A stretch of 64,000 nt of DNA, taken from the NCBI RefSeq assembly GCF_000150275.1, contig NW_002060943.1, forward strand, positions 7,184,299 through 7,248,298, given 5' to 3'. The position numbers were made by a program, and so were the translations under genes. The DNA is from Trichoplax adhaerens. Its lineage: Eukaryota; Animalia; Placozoa. The notes beneath the pieces are model-generated. The model was not told where the DNA came from. It made no database searches and saw only the letters and a list, made by a program, of their open reading frames with translations. How positions within the stretch are numbered: position 1 is the stretch's first letter; each line of letters opens with the position of its first letter. Of this stretch, positions 43,804-56,186 are shown in pieces.

Positions 43804-46595
43804 TACTGCATCCTCTAACATTAGCATGGTTTGCCTTCGGCTAGTCCATACTTTACTAAGGAGTCCATAAAGGTCAGAAAAAAGGGATTCTTTTCTTACC
43901 TCTATGCCATTCTCTGTATAGGAGTCACTTTAAAGTCACTATTTGTATTTGCATAGTTATTAGTTTATCAAACAAACAAAAGCTCCCTACTTAATTATTC
44001 TACTACAGATATACTATACAGCACGAATGAACTTATACTGTATTTAGGTATGCTCTTTCATGGACTTTTTATGCAGCAAACTATTCACAATCTGTAGTTA
44101 CTATAATACAGATATAACACATGTACGAATATACAGTACTGTGTTGTAAGTATAATAAGAGGGAGAAAAGGAGGAATCGCGTTTCTTTCACGTTTATAAT
44201 ACGATTCATACCACATGCAGCTATCCAGTTTGCTATACGCAAGAATTGTTCGCGGTCATTTTCAGAAGTGTGGACGTGCAATAGAGACGCTTATTTATTA
44301 GGGAATTTTTAGGATACGAACTATCAATTATACTATGTAGTACAGTATAAGTACTGTACAGTACATGCCCAACTTGCTTGGTACTCTGACTTTGTATAAA
44401 AATTGCTAATCACGATGGTCTTCCGGTTAACAACTGTACGTAATTTAAATAAAAAGAGACCGTACTGTCAGGCTAGCAACCACCAGGGAATATGTTTTGT
44501 TGTACTAAAATTGCTGTCTGAATTAGTGTATAACTATATTATATCATTGTTTCTAAGCTGCTAAGCAATTTAAGTCTTTAATGAACTGAAAAAATTGCAA
44601 TAGCAATATTCCTTCGACTGTACCGCAATGTAATTTAGACATTGGACAAGAGTACGCTGTTAACTACTGTACAGTACAGTAGAACACATTTTAACTTTCT
44701 ACCATGGTTCTACCTAGTTCTACCTATGATAAAACGCCATACAGTACGCTATTTTTTTTTACAGGGTGATAGCACAAACACATCTAGCGTTGCCAAGTAG
44801 AGATAATATAGCAATGAAATAAAATAAATGGGTGTTTACCATGATGAGTCACAATTTTAAATATAACAGCACAGTCACGGCAAAGCCACTATTTCACCAA
44901 AAATAGTCATTGCTAAAGGCTGATTTATTAAGCCTTACTACGTCATTGTGGCTCTTTGGTCCTTGACTATTGTCGATGGTGAATGAGTGTACAGTACACT
45001 GTACTGTACACCCATATTTTTACTTGGTACTGTAGCAGTTTGGCTACTTTAATTAGTTATTACTGTATGAAGAAAGTACTGTAGACTTCGCACGCAGATT
45101 TTAATTGATGAACTATGTTATTTAGCTCTTTCTCTACCGATTGGTGTATAGTTTGTGCAGGATTTTAAAATTTAATTTAATTTATCGGCTAAAATATCTT
45201 AGACATAGTGTACAGTACAGTCTACAGTGTACTGTAGACTACTGTACAGTACTGTATTATGACTATTGTGACTTGACTGTACTGCACACTGTATGATACA
45301 ATACTCTAGCCTTTCATGTTGCATCAGTCAGTCAGAGTTCGGAGCAGTTCGGAGTCAAATCTCTGCGTTGGCCCGAAATCTCACTTTGTGCAGTACACTA
45401 CCATGTACAGTACAGTACTGTACTGTAAACACTTCGCGTCATACTGTACTGTACACTGTACACTACGTGTTGATTTCAATTCAAATCTCAAGACGACTTC
45501 AGCAACTTTGAAAGTAAAAAGAGAAAGACATTGCCTTCGAAAAGTTGAGCGAGAGGCCTTAGCTTAATTCAAACTGAGATTGTTATACAAGCTATCCAAC
45601 CATTGGTACGATTGATTATAACATGCTCTATTTGCTTATTAACTTAATTTAGCTCTGTGGAATACTACAGGAATATGATAATGAGTTACTCTTTCCATGG
45701 CATTGCTACTGAATGTATCTCAATGCGATTATCATTACAATACGTAGGCGTATTGACTACACCAAGTAATAGAGTACTAGCTCATAGCTAATAAATATGT
45801 ATATGTCATACTTACTGTATGTATATATCTTGAATTTTGAATACTGTACAAATAGCATCCGTAACATAAAAACTAACTGATGGACATATTCTAAAATAGA
45901 AGCATTTGAATACAAATGACATACATAGGATAAAAAACTGACTAATAGTGATGTTATAAACTCTACATTCGTACGCTAGGGAAAAGTTAATTTATTAATT
46001 AACTAATAGATACATATGTCAACTGTTCATACAATGTATATATGTGCGTACTGGATGTAACATTGAAATAACTTTGAAGACATCAATCCTACTACATTGA
46101 TTATGTGTAATGTTCTCTTGCATTTCTTTAGCTTTAGCATCCACCATTAGCACTAGAGATTGAATATCTGAAAATCATCTCACTGATTCTCTAATATCCA
46201 TATCGTATACGTGTATATCAACACGACAATCGCATAGGCTGCAAAGTTTACTCTTCATTATACAGTACAGCTCGACAGTATACATGGCGCTCTAAAAATT
46301 CAAATACTGTACTAGAAAATTGCTACATACCGTTGTGTCTGCAGTGTTATCATTAGCATACGGTATGGATTAAAGTACTGTGCTGTACTTACGCGTACGT
46401 AGAAGTATTCTTATCACGATACAGAACCGTATCCGGATGTAATAACGTGGACTTTTCAATTTCATAGGTTTCACTTCCGTATTAGAGTCACAAATATTAC
46501 TACTCTTGATGTGTTTGATACAATCATACTAACACTTAAAACTTAAATCTTTATTTTCTAGAGGATTATTCTTCATACCTGTAATTATATGAGGA

Positions 46596-49143
46596 ATGGA
46601 CCCTATAAATGAGAATCAAATTAAACAAGTTGATGAATATTTTAAAGGCAGTGGTGCGCAGGTACGTTGTGACCATGTCCACACTTTTATATTGAAACCT
46701 GTATACTATGTCTTAGATAAATCAAAATTGGAAATATCTTAGATTTATGCCCGTTTCATTCTAACTTATTGTAATGGAACCTGATAAATACTGTAGTAAT
46801 AACGCATTAAGATCTATACCATACTTTTGTATATATATAATATATACATTGTATACGTATGCCAGTTACAGGTAGTATTTAATACTGCAGATTATGGTTT
46901 ATAGTCCTTATATATTTCGCAGCATAGTGAAGCCTTTCAAGACTTGTGGCTATGCTTAGTACCTACTTAGTGCAATGTTAATTATCATTACTCTAGAATA
47001 AATCTTTATTTTCAAAGAGTTTTCAAGTATAACGCTAATCAGTAAATGTCTCTATTTTGCTTCTGAAATTAAAGACTCTATTGAAAGAAGGTCGCATCCT
47101 GTTAGGACAAGGTTCTTTAACAAAAATGTGTCGTAAAGGTCCGCAACGACGGCAAGTGAGTTTTATGCCTGTGAATGCATTCATCGAGTTATGATCGCTA
47201 TTATAATGATCCATTTGGAAATAATGTAAACATAGAATATTACATCGTTGCGTGCTATATATATACAATATGTAAGTGGGGTTGCAAATTAAACCTTACT
47301 AACTTTACACTTACACTTCATCAAGCTGAAAATGTATATATAACTCAAACGTACGTGTACATGTGCCTATTAACGTAGATGGAGCTGTTTCATTGCAATT
47401 TAAATAAGGTTTATCATAATTGAGTCATCGCTCTTGAGAAAGTTAATGCATACCGTACTGTATTCACCTATGTTTAGTAGCAAATACCGGATGATATTGT
47501 TTGCAACGTACAGTAAACAATTCTACCAAAATTTTTTCATGCTAACTGATGATGGGCGATCCTACAGACTTTACAGCGCACCGTATCTGATCTTATACGT
47601 ATATCCATAATCACGGTGTTAACTATCAACAAAATCTTACTATATAGAAACACGTCCATAATAAGGTGTTTAGATTACTGCACTTATATATAAAATAAAA
47701 TTTCTTGTTTTGGCGATAGTCGGACAACAATTGATCAAATCTCGCTATTATTTGACTTAAAAATTTTTGACAGTAATTTAATAATACTGATAGTCTGTTT
47801 AGCTTGGATTGTATTAGATTTTCGCTAATATATTATACTATGTTTTTATAGTTCTTCCTTTTTAATGATATACTGGTCTACGCAAGTATAAAAGTTCCTC
47901 ACAAGAAGGTATCTAATCAAAACTTAGCATCAATCATGATTGTCTAACTTTACCCATAACAATTTTTGACCACTTCTAAAAGCTGATTTATGCCTACTCA
48001 TATGTACGATATCAACCTAGAGTACCATGTTAATTATTACATAACTAATAGAAGCCAAATAGATGGAGTACTATTTTATGCATTACTAACGTTTATTTAT
48101 AAACCTGTTCTGAATTATGTGCTGGCCTTGAAGTACGTTAAACAAAGAATCATTCCGCTAGAATATGCAGGATTAACTTCCACCGATAATACAGGTATGG
48201 CATAATGCTGACCATTATTAGACATCTAAATAATACCTAAAACCTTGGCATTGACCCATCTCTCGATGAATCAACAAATAAAAATTTCTTTTCAGCGGAG
48301 TTAAAGCATGGTTGGACCATCAATAGTATTGGCAAGTCTTTCGTAGTATATGCAGATTCAGAACGCGATAAAGCAAAATGGATGGATCAGATAAACGAAT
48401 GCCTTATTGCTGTTTCTAGTCGCGGTAAGTAGACGATTCTTCGTTGGCGTTACCTATCCTGTTTGTAAGAATAACGTCAGAATCTCTGATATTTTTCTAT
48501 GCTACTTAAGTGGCTGACAACTTAGTCAGTCGTAAAAATAACAACTATTCTCCAGTCTGGATTCCCGATAATGAAGCTCCTGAATGCATGGCATGTAAAA
48601 AAACCAAATTTACGGCCATAAAGCGACGCGTACGTACAAGTATTTTAAACCTTACAGCATTTAATAACTAGCGTATATGTGTTTATTCAATAACTATTTA
48701 GTAGAGAGCACTTAGCGAGTATCTCATGCTATTCATAATTTTTTAATAGCATCATTGTAGAAAATGTGGATACGTTGTTTGTAGTAACTGTTCATCGAAT
48801 AAATTGTTACTGAAACATCAATCAGATAAACCATTGAGGGTTTGCGATAACTGCTATTTGAAATTAGTTGACGATTGGAAGAAATTAGGTAAACGTTTCA
48901 GCTTACTAAATACTATGTACACCGATAAATATTGACATAATGTGTTTTTACTGTAAAATGTTAATTAATTATAAAGCTTAACTGCGCTTCATGCAATATA
49001 GGGATCTATAGCTCCGATTCTTCGGACTCTGAACAAGAAGTACTTGCTGAACCCGCTCTCGTTGTTATATCATAATTAGAAATAAGTGATTGAATTTATT
49101 ATGCTATTTTAAGAAAAATGATGATACGCGTACATTTTGCTGA
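46596..49143 (+). CDS. PLEKHF2: PH and FYVE domain protein (Phafin), ~9 exons
   Basis: MDPINENQIKQVDEYFKGSGAQ|TLLKEGRILLGQGSLTKMCRKGPQRRQ|FFLFNDILVY...IIPLE...HGWTI..KSFVVYA...W. FYVE motifs: WIPD, CMACKKTKFTAIKRR|HHCRKCG, RVCDNC. Acidic tail SSDSSDSEQE. The last exon (49114-49143) is tentative. Confidence 0.9.
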
Positions 49144-50289
49144 ATCTGGAAAGAATGATCGCATCACTGCAAATAATTTTATAACTAATCTTTGGGATGC
49201 CATTGCTTTAAAAAATAATCTGTTAGCCGGAGATTATGTTCATCAAAAGAGCACAAATTAGTTGCTCAATATTATTTAAGATCCGATGATACTTTGTTTT
49301 ACTATACACTAATTTGAATTATTAATAAATTATTATAAGGTAATGGAGAACTATCTCTGTCGATTTCAATACTAAGGACCTAATCGCTTGAAAATATGTA
49401 TCATAATTACAGATATGATTAGAAGTTAAGGATTTAACAAAAATTCAATGAAATCTAATATTTTGCCAATATGATGTTCGCACCATTCTAGGCCACAATA
49501 ATTAATACGATCTCTATTAATATTGTTTAAATATATTTAATTGTAAAAGAAATTATTGACGATTTAATTCACAGCTGTTTTACCGACACTTTAATAATAT
49601 AATCAATTTTCACAAATTCATGGACATTCGTGCCGCAATTGATCTTCGAACTAATAAGTTTTAATGGATAATCTATTAACCTTAGTAATAACCTATATTA
49701 TTGTATTGATTATCAACATTAAACATAAATAAGGAAATGACGAAGTACTAATTTAAAATTTTAATTAATAGCAGCAGGTTTAATAAAGTCAATTTCATTA
49801 TCTGGAATAAGTTATGTGTTTTAATTTTTGCCTTTTCATAATATCATAGCCTTTGACAAAACACCATCTATATTTTTATAACTGATTGCATAGATTTGCT
49901 AGTAATAGCGTATACAATATTTAATATATTATAGAAGTAAAAACAAAGTTTAGGGTAGCCCTTCTCATATGCGTATATATCTATTCGTTACCATATCGTC
50001 CATTCAACATAAGATTTAGGTACCCAACGCTGTTCATTTATTGATCGTATAAGTGACAATAATTTGTAATAGAACGCTTGAGGTGATACCCGATTGTCAA
50101 AGCTATATACAGTAAGAAAGTACTTCAAACAATCCTTCCACCTTGCACTCTTATATCACTAAAACATCCCATAGAAGCTAAATACGGTTGCCCAAAAGTA
50201 AATACAGTCATATTACATGTACACCATATTCGTACATTTTTCGTGCGAGTACCTAAATTGGAAGTTATAACTTATTGTATTGGTATACA

Positions 50290-51007
50290 TCAATCATGTT
50301 CTTGCCAGAATATTTCATTATTATTGTGGTACTCGATTTTTTTTCTTAAAATTGCATCGATAATGAGGTTTGACAAAGGAAGACTTTTGATGTTAGCATC
50401 AGATAAGAGACTCTTGATCAGGAATCTTTGGCATAGTTCTTCTAACTTGTAGACTAAACATAAACGAAAATAAGAAAATTAGCCATTACTGTATTGCAAG
50501 TTATCGGCAATACTATTCCATCTCTAGGAAATGCACGTAAGTACTGTAAGTAGATATATTAGCTACATTACAATAAGCATCACTCTATTTTGAAAGGGTA
50601 TTTTGCTTACGGTAAATTTATACGGACAATGAATTAGATGAACAACTACGTTCGATTGTAACCTATAACAACTTACTTGGATAAGTAATCAAAACATTAA
50701 TTCTTAAGGCAGGCAATTGCTGCCCTTGTTGATTGCTAGGAATTTTAGGAAGGTAAACTTTAGCGAAATTTATCAAAAGACGTTCATTACGACTACTATC
50801 AACTGCAATCCATGGGTGAGTCTCAAAAGTATTAATATCGAATCGATGTCTAGGAGGGATAACTTTATAAACAACCTTTTCACCGCGAAAATTTAACCAG
50901 ATCATTTTAGCGTGTCTTCCTGAAATATTTATGAATCTTACAAGAACTTTGTTTCTTGAGTTTAATGATTTAAATCGATTTTCGTTGTTTGGTTGATTTG
51001 ATGCCAT
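50290..51007 (-). CDS. VHL: von Hippel-Lindau E3 ligase substrate receptor, 2 exons
   Basis: Beta domain KSLNS...VRFINISGR...IWLNFRGEKVVY...INTFETHPW. The intron after TYP leads to the BC box YKLEELCQRFL and IKSLPLSNLI, ending at TGA 50292-50290. Confidence 0.92.
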
Positions 51008-51567
51008 TTTTTTTATTTTTCACTTGGAAAGCGCCAATTTCTTATTACGTAACTTCACTCAGTAACAAATCAGACATTGAATTCAGCCTGGAAATAGAAC
51101 TGTAAATTGTTCAAGTTTCACTTTGTATGGAATAATCTAACCAAATCTTGAATTCAACATTAATCGTATTGTATTATTTTAAGCACAGGAAGGAAAAAGC
51201 CACGATCTGCAAGCCGCCAATAAATGCCAAGTATTATCTATCAATAATAATTCAATTTCTTCAGGAAGTTGGTATCTGACCTAGCTCACGTCCTCATTTT
51301 GCCAAGATGTTACTTAGAAGTGTTCTTTTACGATGCCGCTGAACTGAATTTAATACCAATCAGAGAAGATACACAGTGCAAAAAGTACAACAAAGTGGCA
51401 AGGAGTCTAGCGACTAACTCACTTCTCAGTCAGACCATGGAGATGTTAACTCTACAGTATGAGTCAGACTGAGTTCTGTACAGTACAGTCAGTACTGTAG
51501 TACTGTACTGTATCGAACCTGTGGTGACTGCAGTACGTACGTCCAGCAGTCAGTCAGTAATTTCATA

Positions 51568-52049
51568 CACGACATTCTCCCAAATAGGACAAATTCCTAA
51601 AAGTGACCACAATGTATATGTTCAAGAATGATTGATCGGATAAATTCCTAAAAGCGACCACAATATATATGTTCAAGAATGATTGATCGGATAAATTCCT
51701 AAAAGTAGCCACAATATATATATTCAAGAATGATTGATCGGACAAATTCCTAAAAGTGGCCACAATGTATATGTTAAGGAATGATTGATTGGACAAATTC
51801 CTAAAAGTGACCACAATGTATATGTTCAAGAATGATTGATTGTGCACAGAAGTAGTACAGATTAATCAGACATTCCTAGGATTGATCTAATTTAATTGGT
51901 CATTCTTAGCAATGGAAAAATATTCTATTGACATTCTTAAGCTTGGACTAATTTAATTTGTCTGTCCTAAGAATAATAAAATTCGTAAGATGGATCGTCA
52001 CGTTCTTAGCGACGCAGCTAATCCTAGGAATGGCCGTAACATAGACGTG
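51568..52049. mobile_element. Candidate non-autonomous DNA transposon (MITE/CMC-EnSpm-like)
   Basis: Termini are TA|CACG...CGTG|TA. The element has an internal 51-bp tandem array and mirrored sub-repeats (TCAAGAATGA on the left, CATTCYTAG/AAG on the right). No transposase is present. Confidence 0.35.
51587..51841. repeat. 51-bp tandem repeat x5
   Basis: GGAYAAATTCCTAAAAGTGACCACAATRTATATGTTCAAGAATGATTGATC starts at 51587, 51638, 51689, 51740 and 51791. Confidence 0.97.
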
Positions 52050-52904
52050 TAACACTAATCCATAGCATTATAGGCCCATATAGCATACGTATATTTAAAA
52101 TATTATATTTAAAAACTTTACTACACTGCTCAGAGCACAGTTGGCTAGATGCATCGAGTAGTCCATGACTCGCAGTTGATTCTAGGTAGTCAGAGCCCTT
52201 TCCAATTAATGTATACGAGTATAATCACCTGCACTACTTTTCGCTAATACGCTGCTCTCTTCATTGACTAGACTATTTCCAGCCTCGTTTTATAGTATCT
52301 ATCCATTTCTGGATATAGACATATTACTGCCAAGACAGCTACTGCATATTGTTACTAGAAAAGTCATTCAAAATTCGCCAATGTAATGGCCACATTAGTT
52401 TTGCATCGAATTTTTTAATCAATTATAATTTGCTATCAATCTGATCAAAATCTGCATATTATGTTATCAAGTTGACAATGTCCACTGTGTAGGCGACTAT
52501 AATTGTTCATATTTTTCTGATAAACTAAGCTGGAATTCATTCTATTTACAGCGATAGAATCATTTACTGTAAGATGCAGAATATTCATGTAATCTCGCAA
52601 TAAAGCAGCTTAGATTGGATGAAAAATTTCCCGTGGAAAATAATCAAAATCAAAACCGAGACTGTCGAATATTACATAGAACAACAATTAATATTAGTGT
52701 ATGAATAAATTAAAGATGTAGTAATTGTATGATAATAGCAGGTTAGACTACTTCGATATGTAGGCTAATATAACTCGAATGGTACTATATTAAATAAATA
52801 TTTACAAAGAAATCAGCAATACAAGTTATAGGAGATGATAATAGATATTCAAAAAAATGGGTGATTAGTTGTGGTATGAATATTAAATCATCATTAATCG
52901 CATA

Positions 52905-54870
52905 CTAGCGATAAAAAGCTTTAGACGCTAGTGACAATCTAATCATTTCGTCTCTTAACCCTGCATTTTTTGCAAGCTCTTTAAGGCCATCAACAATATC
53001 ACCAGTGTAGATTATATCTGTGAATCGGCGCTTTTTCCGCGTAAAAGGTCCAACAATCTCCTTGTTAATCAACACTCGCGGGGTGCGTTGCGGTATTTTA
53101 TCGACTAAACTTGCGAACGGTTCAACCTGTAAAGAAACATAGAAGAATTACTATTGCTACTGTAAAATTCACTGTAATTTACTAAGGCATATTTCAATGA
53201 ATACTGTATTTCGTTAGAACTATTTCATTGAAATCGCATCAACACTAAAAAGTAATCTTCTAACGAATTACTCTTGCAGCAGTCTATGTGGTATAGTTAG
53301 AATATGCTACATCTTACCTGTAAAGATGTTCCCATCACGATAACCAGATCGCATCCTGCGATATCTTTTTTATATAATTTGTAAAAACGTTTAGGTAAAT
53401 TTTCTCCAAAAAATACAATGTCTGGCTTAATTATGCCCTATCGTGTTGTCGTAACAATGCGTAAACGATTAGAATATTTCAAGTATACGCGTTTGTAATG
53501 CCTAAGATGACTTATAACTTAATATAAACAACTATTTCTTATTAGCTACATAACCATACAACAGATTCTAATTGTAAAATTAAAGACCCCTAAGTACAAA
53601 TCATTGCCATGACTGATGATATGGACATACCGAACACCGATCGCACTTAGGAATTATCTTATTCATAATCGCAGACTGAAAATAAAAATGAAAACTTTCT
53701 TTAATTTCAATTGAATATCATTTCCGAACAATCTTCGTTATATTCCATATAGTTGTTCAATTTACTTTATTTTAATACTATATGCTATACTTTTGATGAT
53801 AAATGTACATAAATATATCTTACGTTCATCTGTTATCTTACCTTAATAAAATCTCCATTAAAAGTTTTCTTACAACATGTACATGTTGCAGACGAGAATG
53901 TACCATGAGCTTCTACTAATTTTGATGACGGTATATCTGCCACTAGAATAGGTTTTTTTTAATTAGCATACTCTAATACATTTATTCATTTTGCTATATG
54001 GCTAAATAGATCATAGATAAAGCCATGGCTACATTATTAAAAAATATCCTCACATCTTTCCAAACCATCAATATTTTGTGTATACATTCGCCCAAGAAGC
54101 CCTTTATCACACAATAGTTTAATAAAATAATGAGCATAATTTGGCCTGTATTGCCCAGGATATAAATCTTTGGCAAGTTCATAAAATACTGCGGGATTGC
54201 TACGAAAGTAGTCAATGTCGAAAGCATCGGTAGGGCTTGATAAATTATTATTCTTAAGTATACTATATATTCCAGTTTTAGGAGATCTGTTCGAAAAGAA
54301 AGAGTATTGTTGAAATAGCATGATTAAATTAACTAAAAATGTGTCAAGCTTGAATCACCAATTGTAAACAACATGAAAGTCTAATTAAAAAATCGTTTAA
54401 TCATGAGTAGCTAAACCAAATAGTACCGACCTAAAATCAGGTATGCCGCTGGATGTACTGATGCCAGCTCCGGCCAGGATTAGAATATTTTTACAGCTCT
54501 TGTGATTAATTATGGCAGCAATCTTGTGTAGGGGGTCTAATGTTCTACTACGCCTTAGAGTTTTATTATCTGATGCAAGTTCACCACCATTCTTCCTCCT
54601 TGTACGCTCTGCACTAGTTATATTTACTTGGCCCCGGATAGGAAGGGCTTCGATCCGTGATTTATTATTTTTGGAACCTTTTCCACTGGAACTTTCTTTC
54701 TTGCCGGTTCGCTTTTCTGCTTTATCGACATACAATTTGATTCTATCATTTTTAAGATTGGTTTCATCCTTCTTTATATCCGGTGAAGATATTGTTAAAT
54801 CGGTAAATAGGTCGACTAAGGTGTGAGTATTACAAGTAATAACACTTTGCTTCTTTCCTTTATGATCCAT
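52905..54870 (-). CDS. SIRT3: Class Ib sirtuin, SIRT3-like copy A (charged, Lys/Arg-rich N-terminus), 6 exons
   Basis: [14 protein letters not shown]|[39 protein letters not shown]...CDRC zinc pair, [19 protein letters not shown]|VEPFASL and PRVLIN. The stop TAG is at 52907-52905. Confidence 0.88.
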
Positions 54871-55315
54871 TTCGTTTAAGATGTCTTTTTCGCTTAGGTA
54901 AACCGCTATCGAATAGATTTTATCTTAACTTTTAGACGTATACGGATATATATACAGTGCCACTGTACAACAGTATATCGTCTATTTTTACTTTATTAAG
55001 AAATAAATCTTCGTGTATAATGACACACTGCCATGTTAGCTATTGATAGCTGTATCTTAATGTTTTTCTCTCTTGAACATCCTAGTGCTGTGTTACGAAA
55101 TATTTACGTTATCAAGCTTACATCCACAGGACTCCTCGATTGTAATTAATTATTAGTCGCATATACGCATAATTATCTTGCAAGATATCTACTGTTGTCT
55201 AGTATTAACTAGAGTAAGTACCTATTGTATACCGATATTACTCTATCAGAAGTTATATATTTACCAACTACTTGCACAGTACTGTCCTTATTTGTAGTAG
55301 CTGCGATCGCATCCC

Positions 55316-55329
55316 GTTGCCATAGTGAC
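55316..55329. promoter_or_regulatory. RFX X-box-like site upstream of sirtuin copy A
   Basis: GTTGCC-AT-AGTGAC versus the consensus GTNRCC-N0-3-RGYAAC (one mismatch). Confidence 0.35.
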
Positions 55330-56186
55330 AATAGAATGACGACATTAATTATTGCTACAACACTGTACACTGTACAGTATATACCCGTAGGTATCTCATG
55401 AACTGGATTTTGTACATTACTTAATTCAGTACCACTTTAATTGAATCATCTACATTCTATAGAATTCTCGTATTTGAATGCTGTCATCCATATACAAAAA
55501 CGTCAAATAAGCGTACATTTAGAATCGCCAAAATATTCGGCAAGAATAAGAGCATGAATTCTATTCACATTTTTTTAATAAGAATATAGTGCTGTCCTTA
55601 ATCATCCAACAGAACATAATATGCTTACTAGCAAAAGCAATAACCTAATTATTGATACCGATAAAAATATAAATCTATTGAAAGGGGTTGTTGAATTACT
55701 GTGATTGTTGATATAAGTTAACGACCTAGTCTATCAAGTATTCGTATCTACAGATTAGTTCAATCTAATTAAATATACACAGGTGATAAGTTAAAGCGTG
55801 ATATTTTTGAAATGTAAGTTTCAAGAAGATTACTTACATGAAAACAGCGTTTAAATTTACTATAATAGGAGAACAAGAAACTTTAATTTTTAGAAATTAT
55901 ATAAAATTTAGCTTGGCGTTTCATAGTTTATTAAATAAAATACAAAATGCATCACGTTGCTAATAGTATAGTGCAACCAACAGCGCAATTACTGTATAAA
56001 GTATATAATGTAATAACTATTTGTGCTTCAATATATTATACGAAGCTCTAATCTCTATACCGTACTAGGTTTACCTAAAAAACTTTATATTTCGACGCAC
56101 ATAAGTACGTTAAATAATAATCAATTTATAATAAAAAGTAGTACTTAAACTGATTAATATTTAATCTTAATGCTCATAATTTTGGT

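Noticed and set aside
51563-51847. 94-aa ORF made of 17-aa repeats
   Set aside because: The open frame follows from a stop-free 51-bp unit. It has a GTG start and no recognisable domain.
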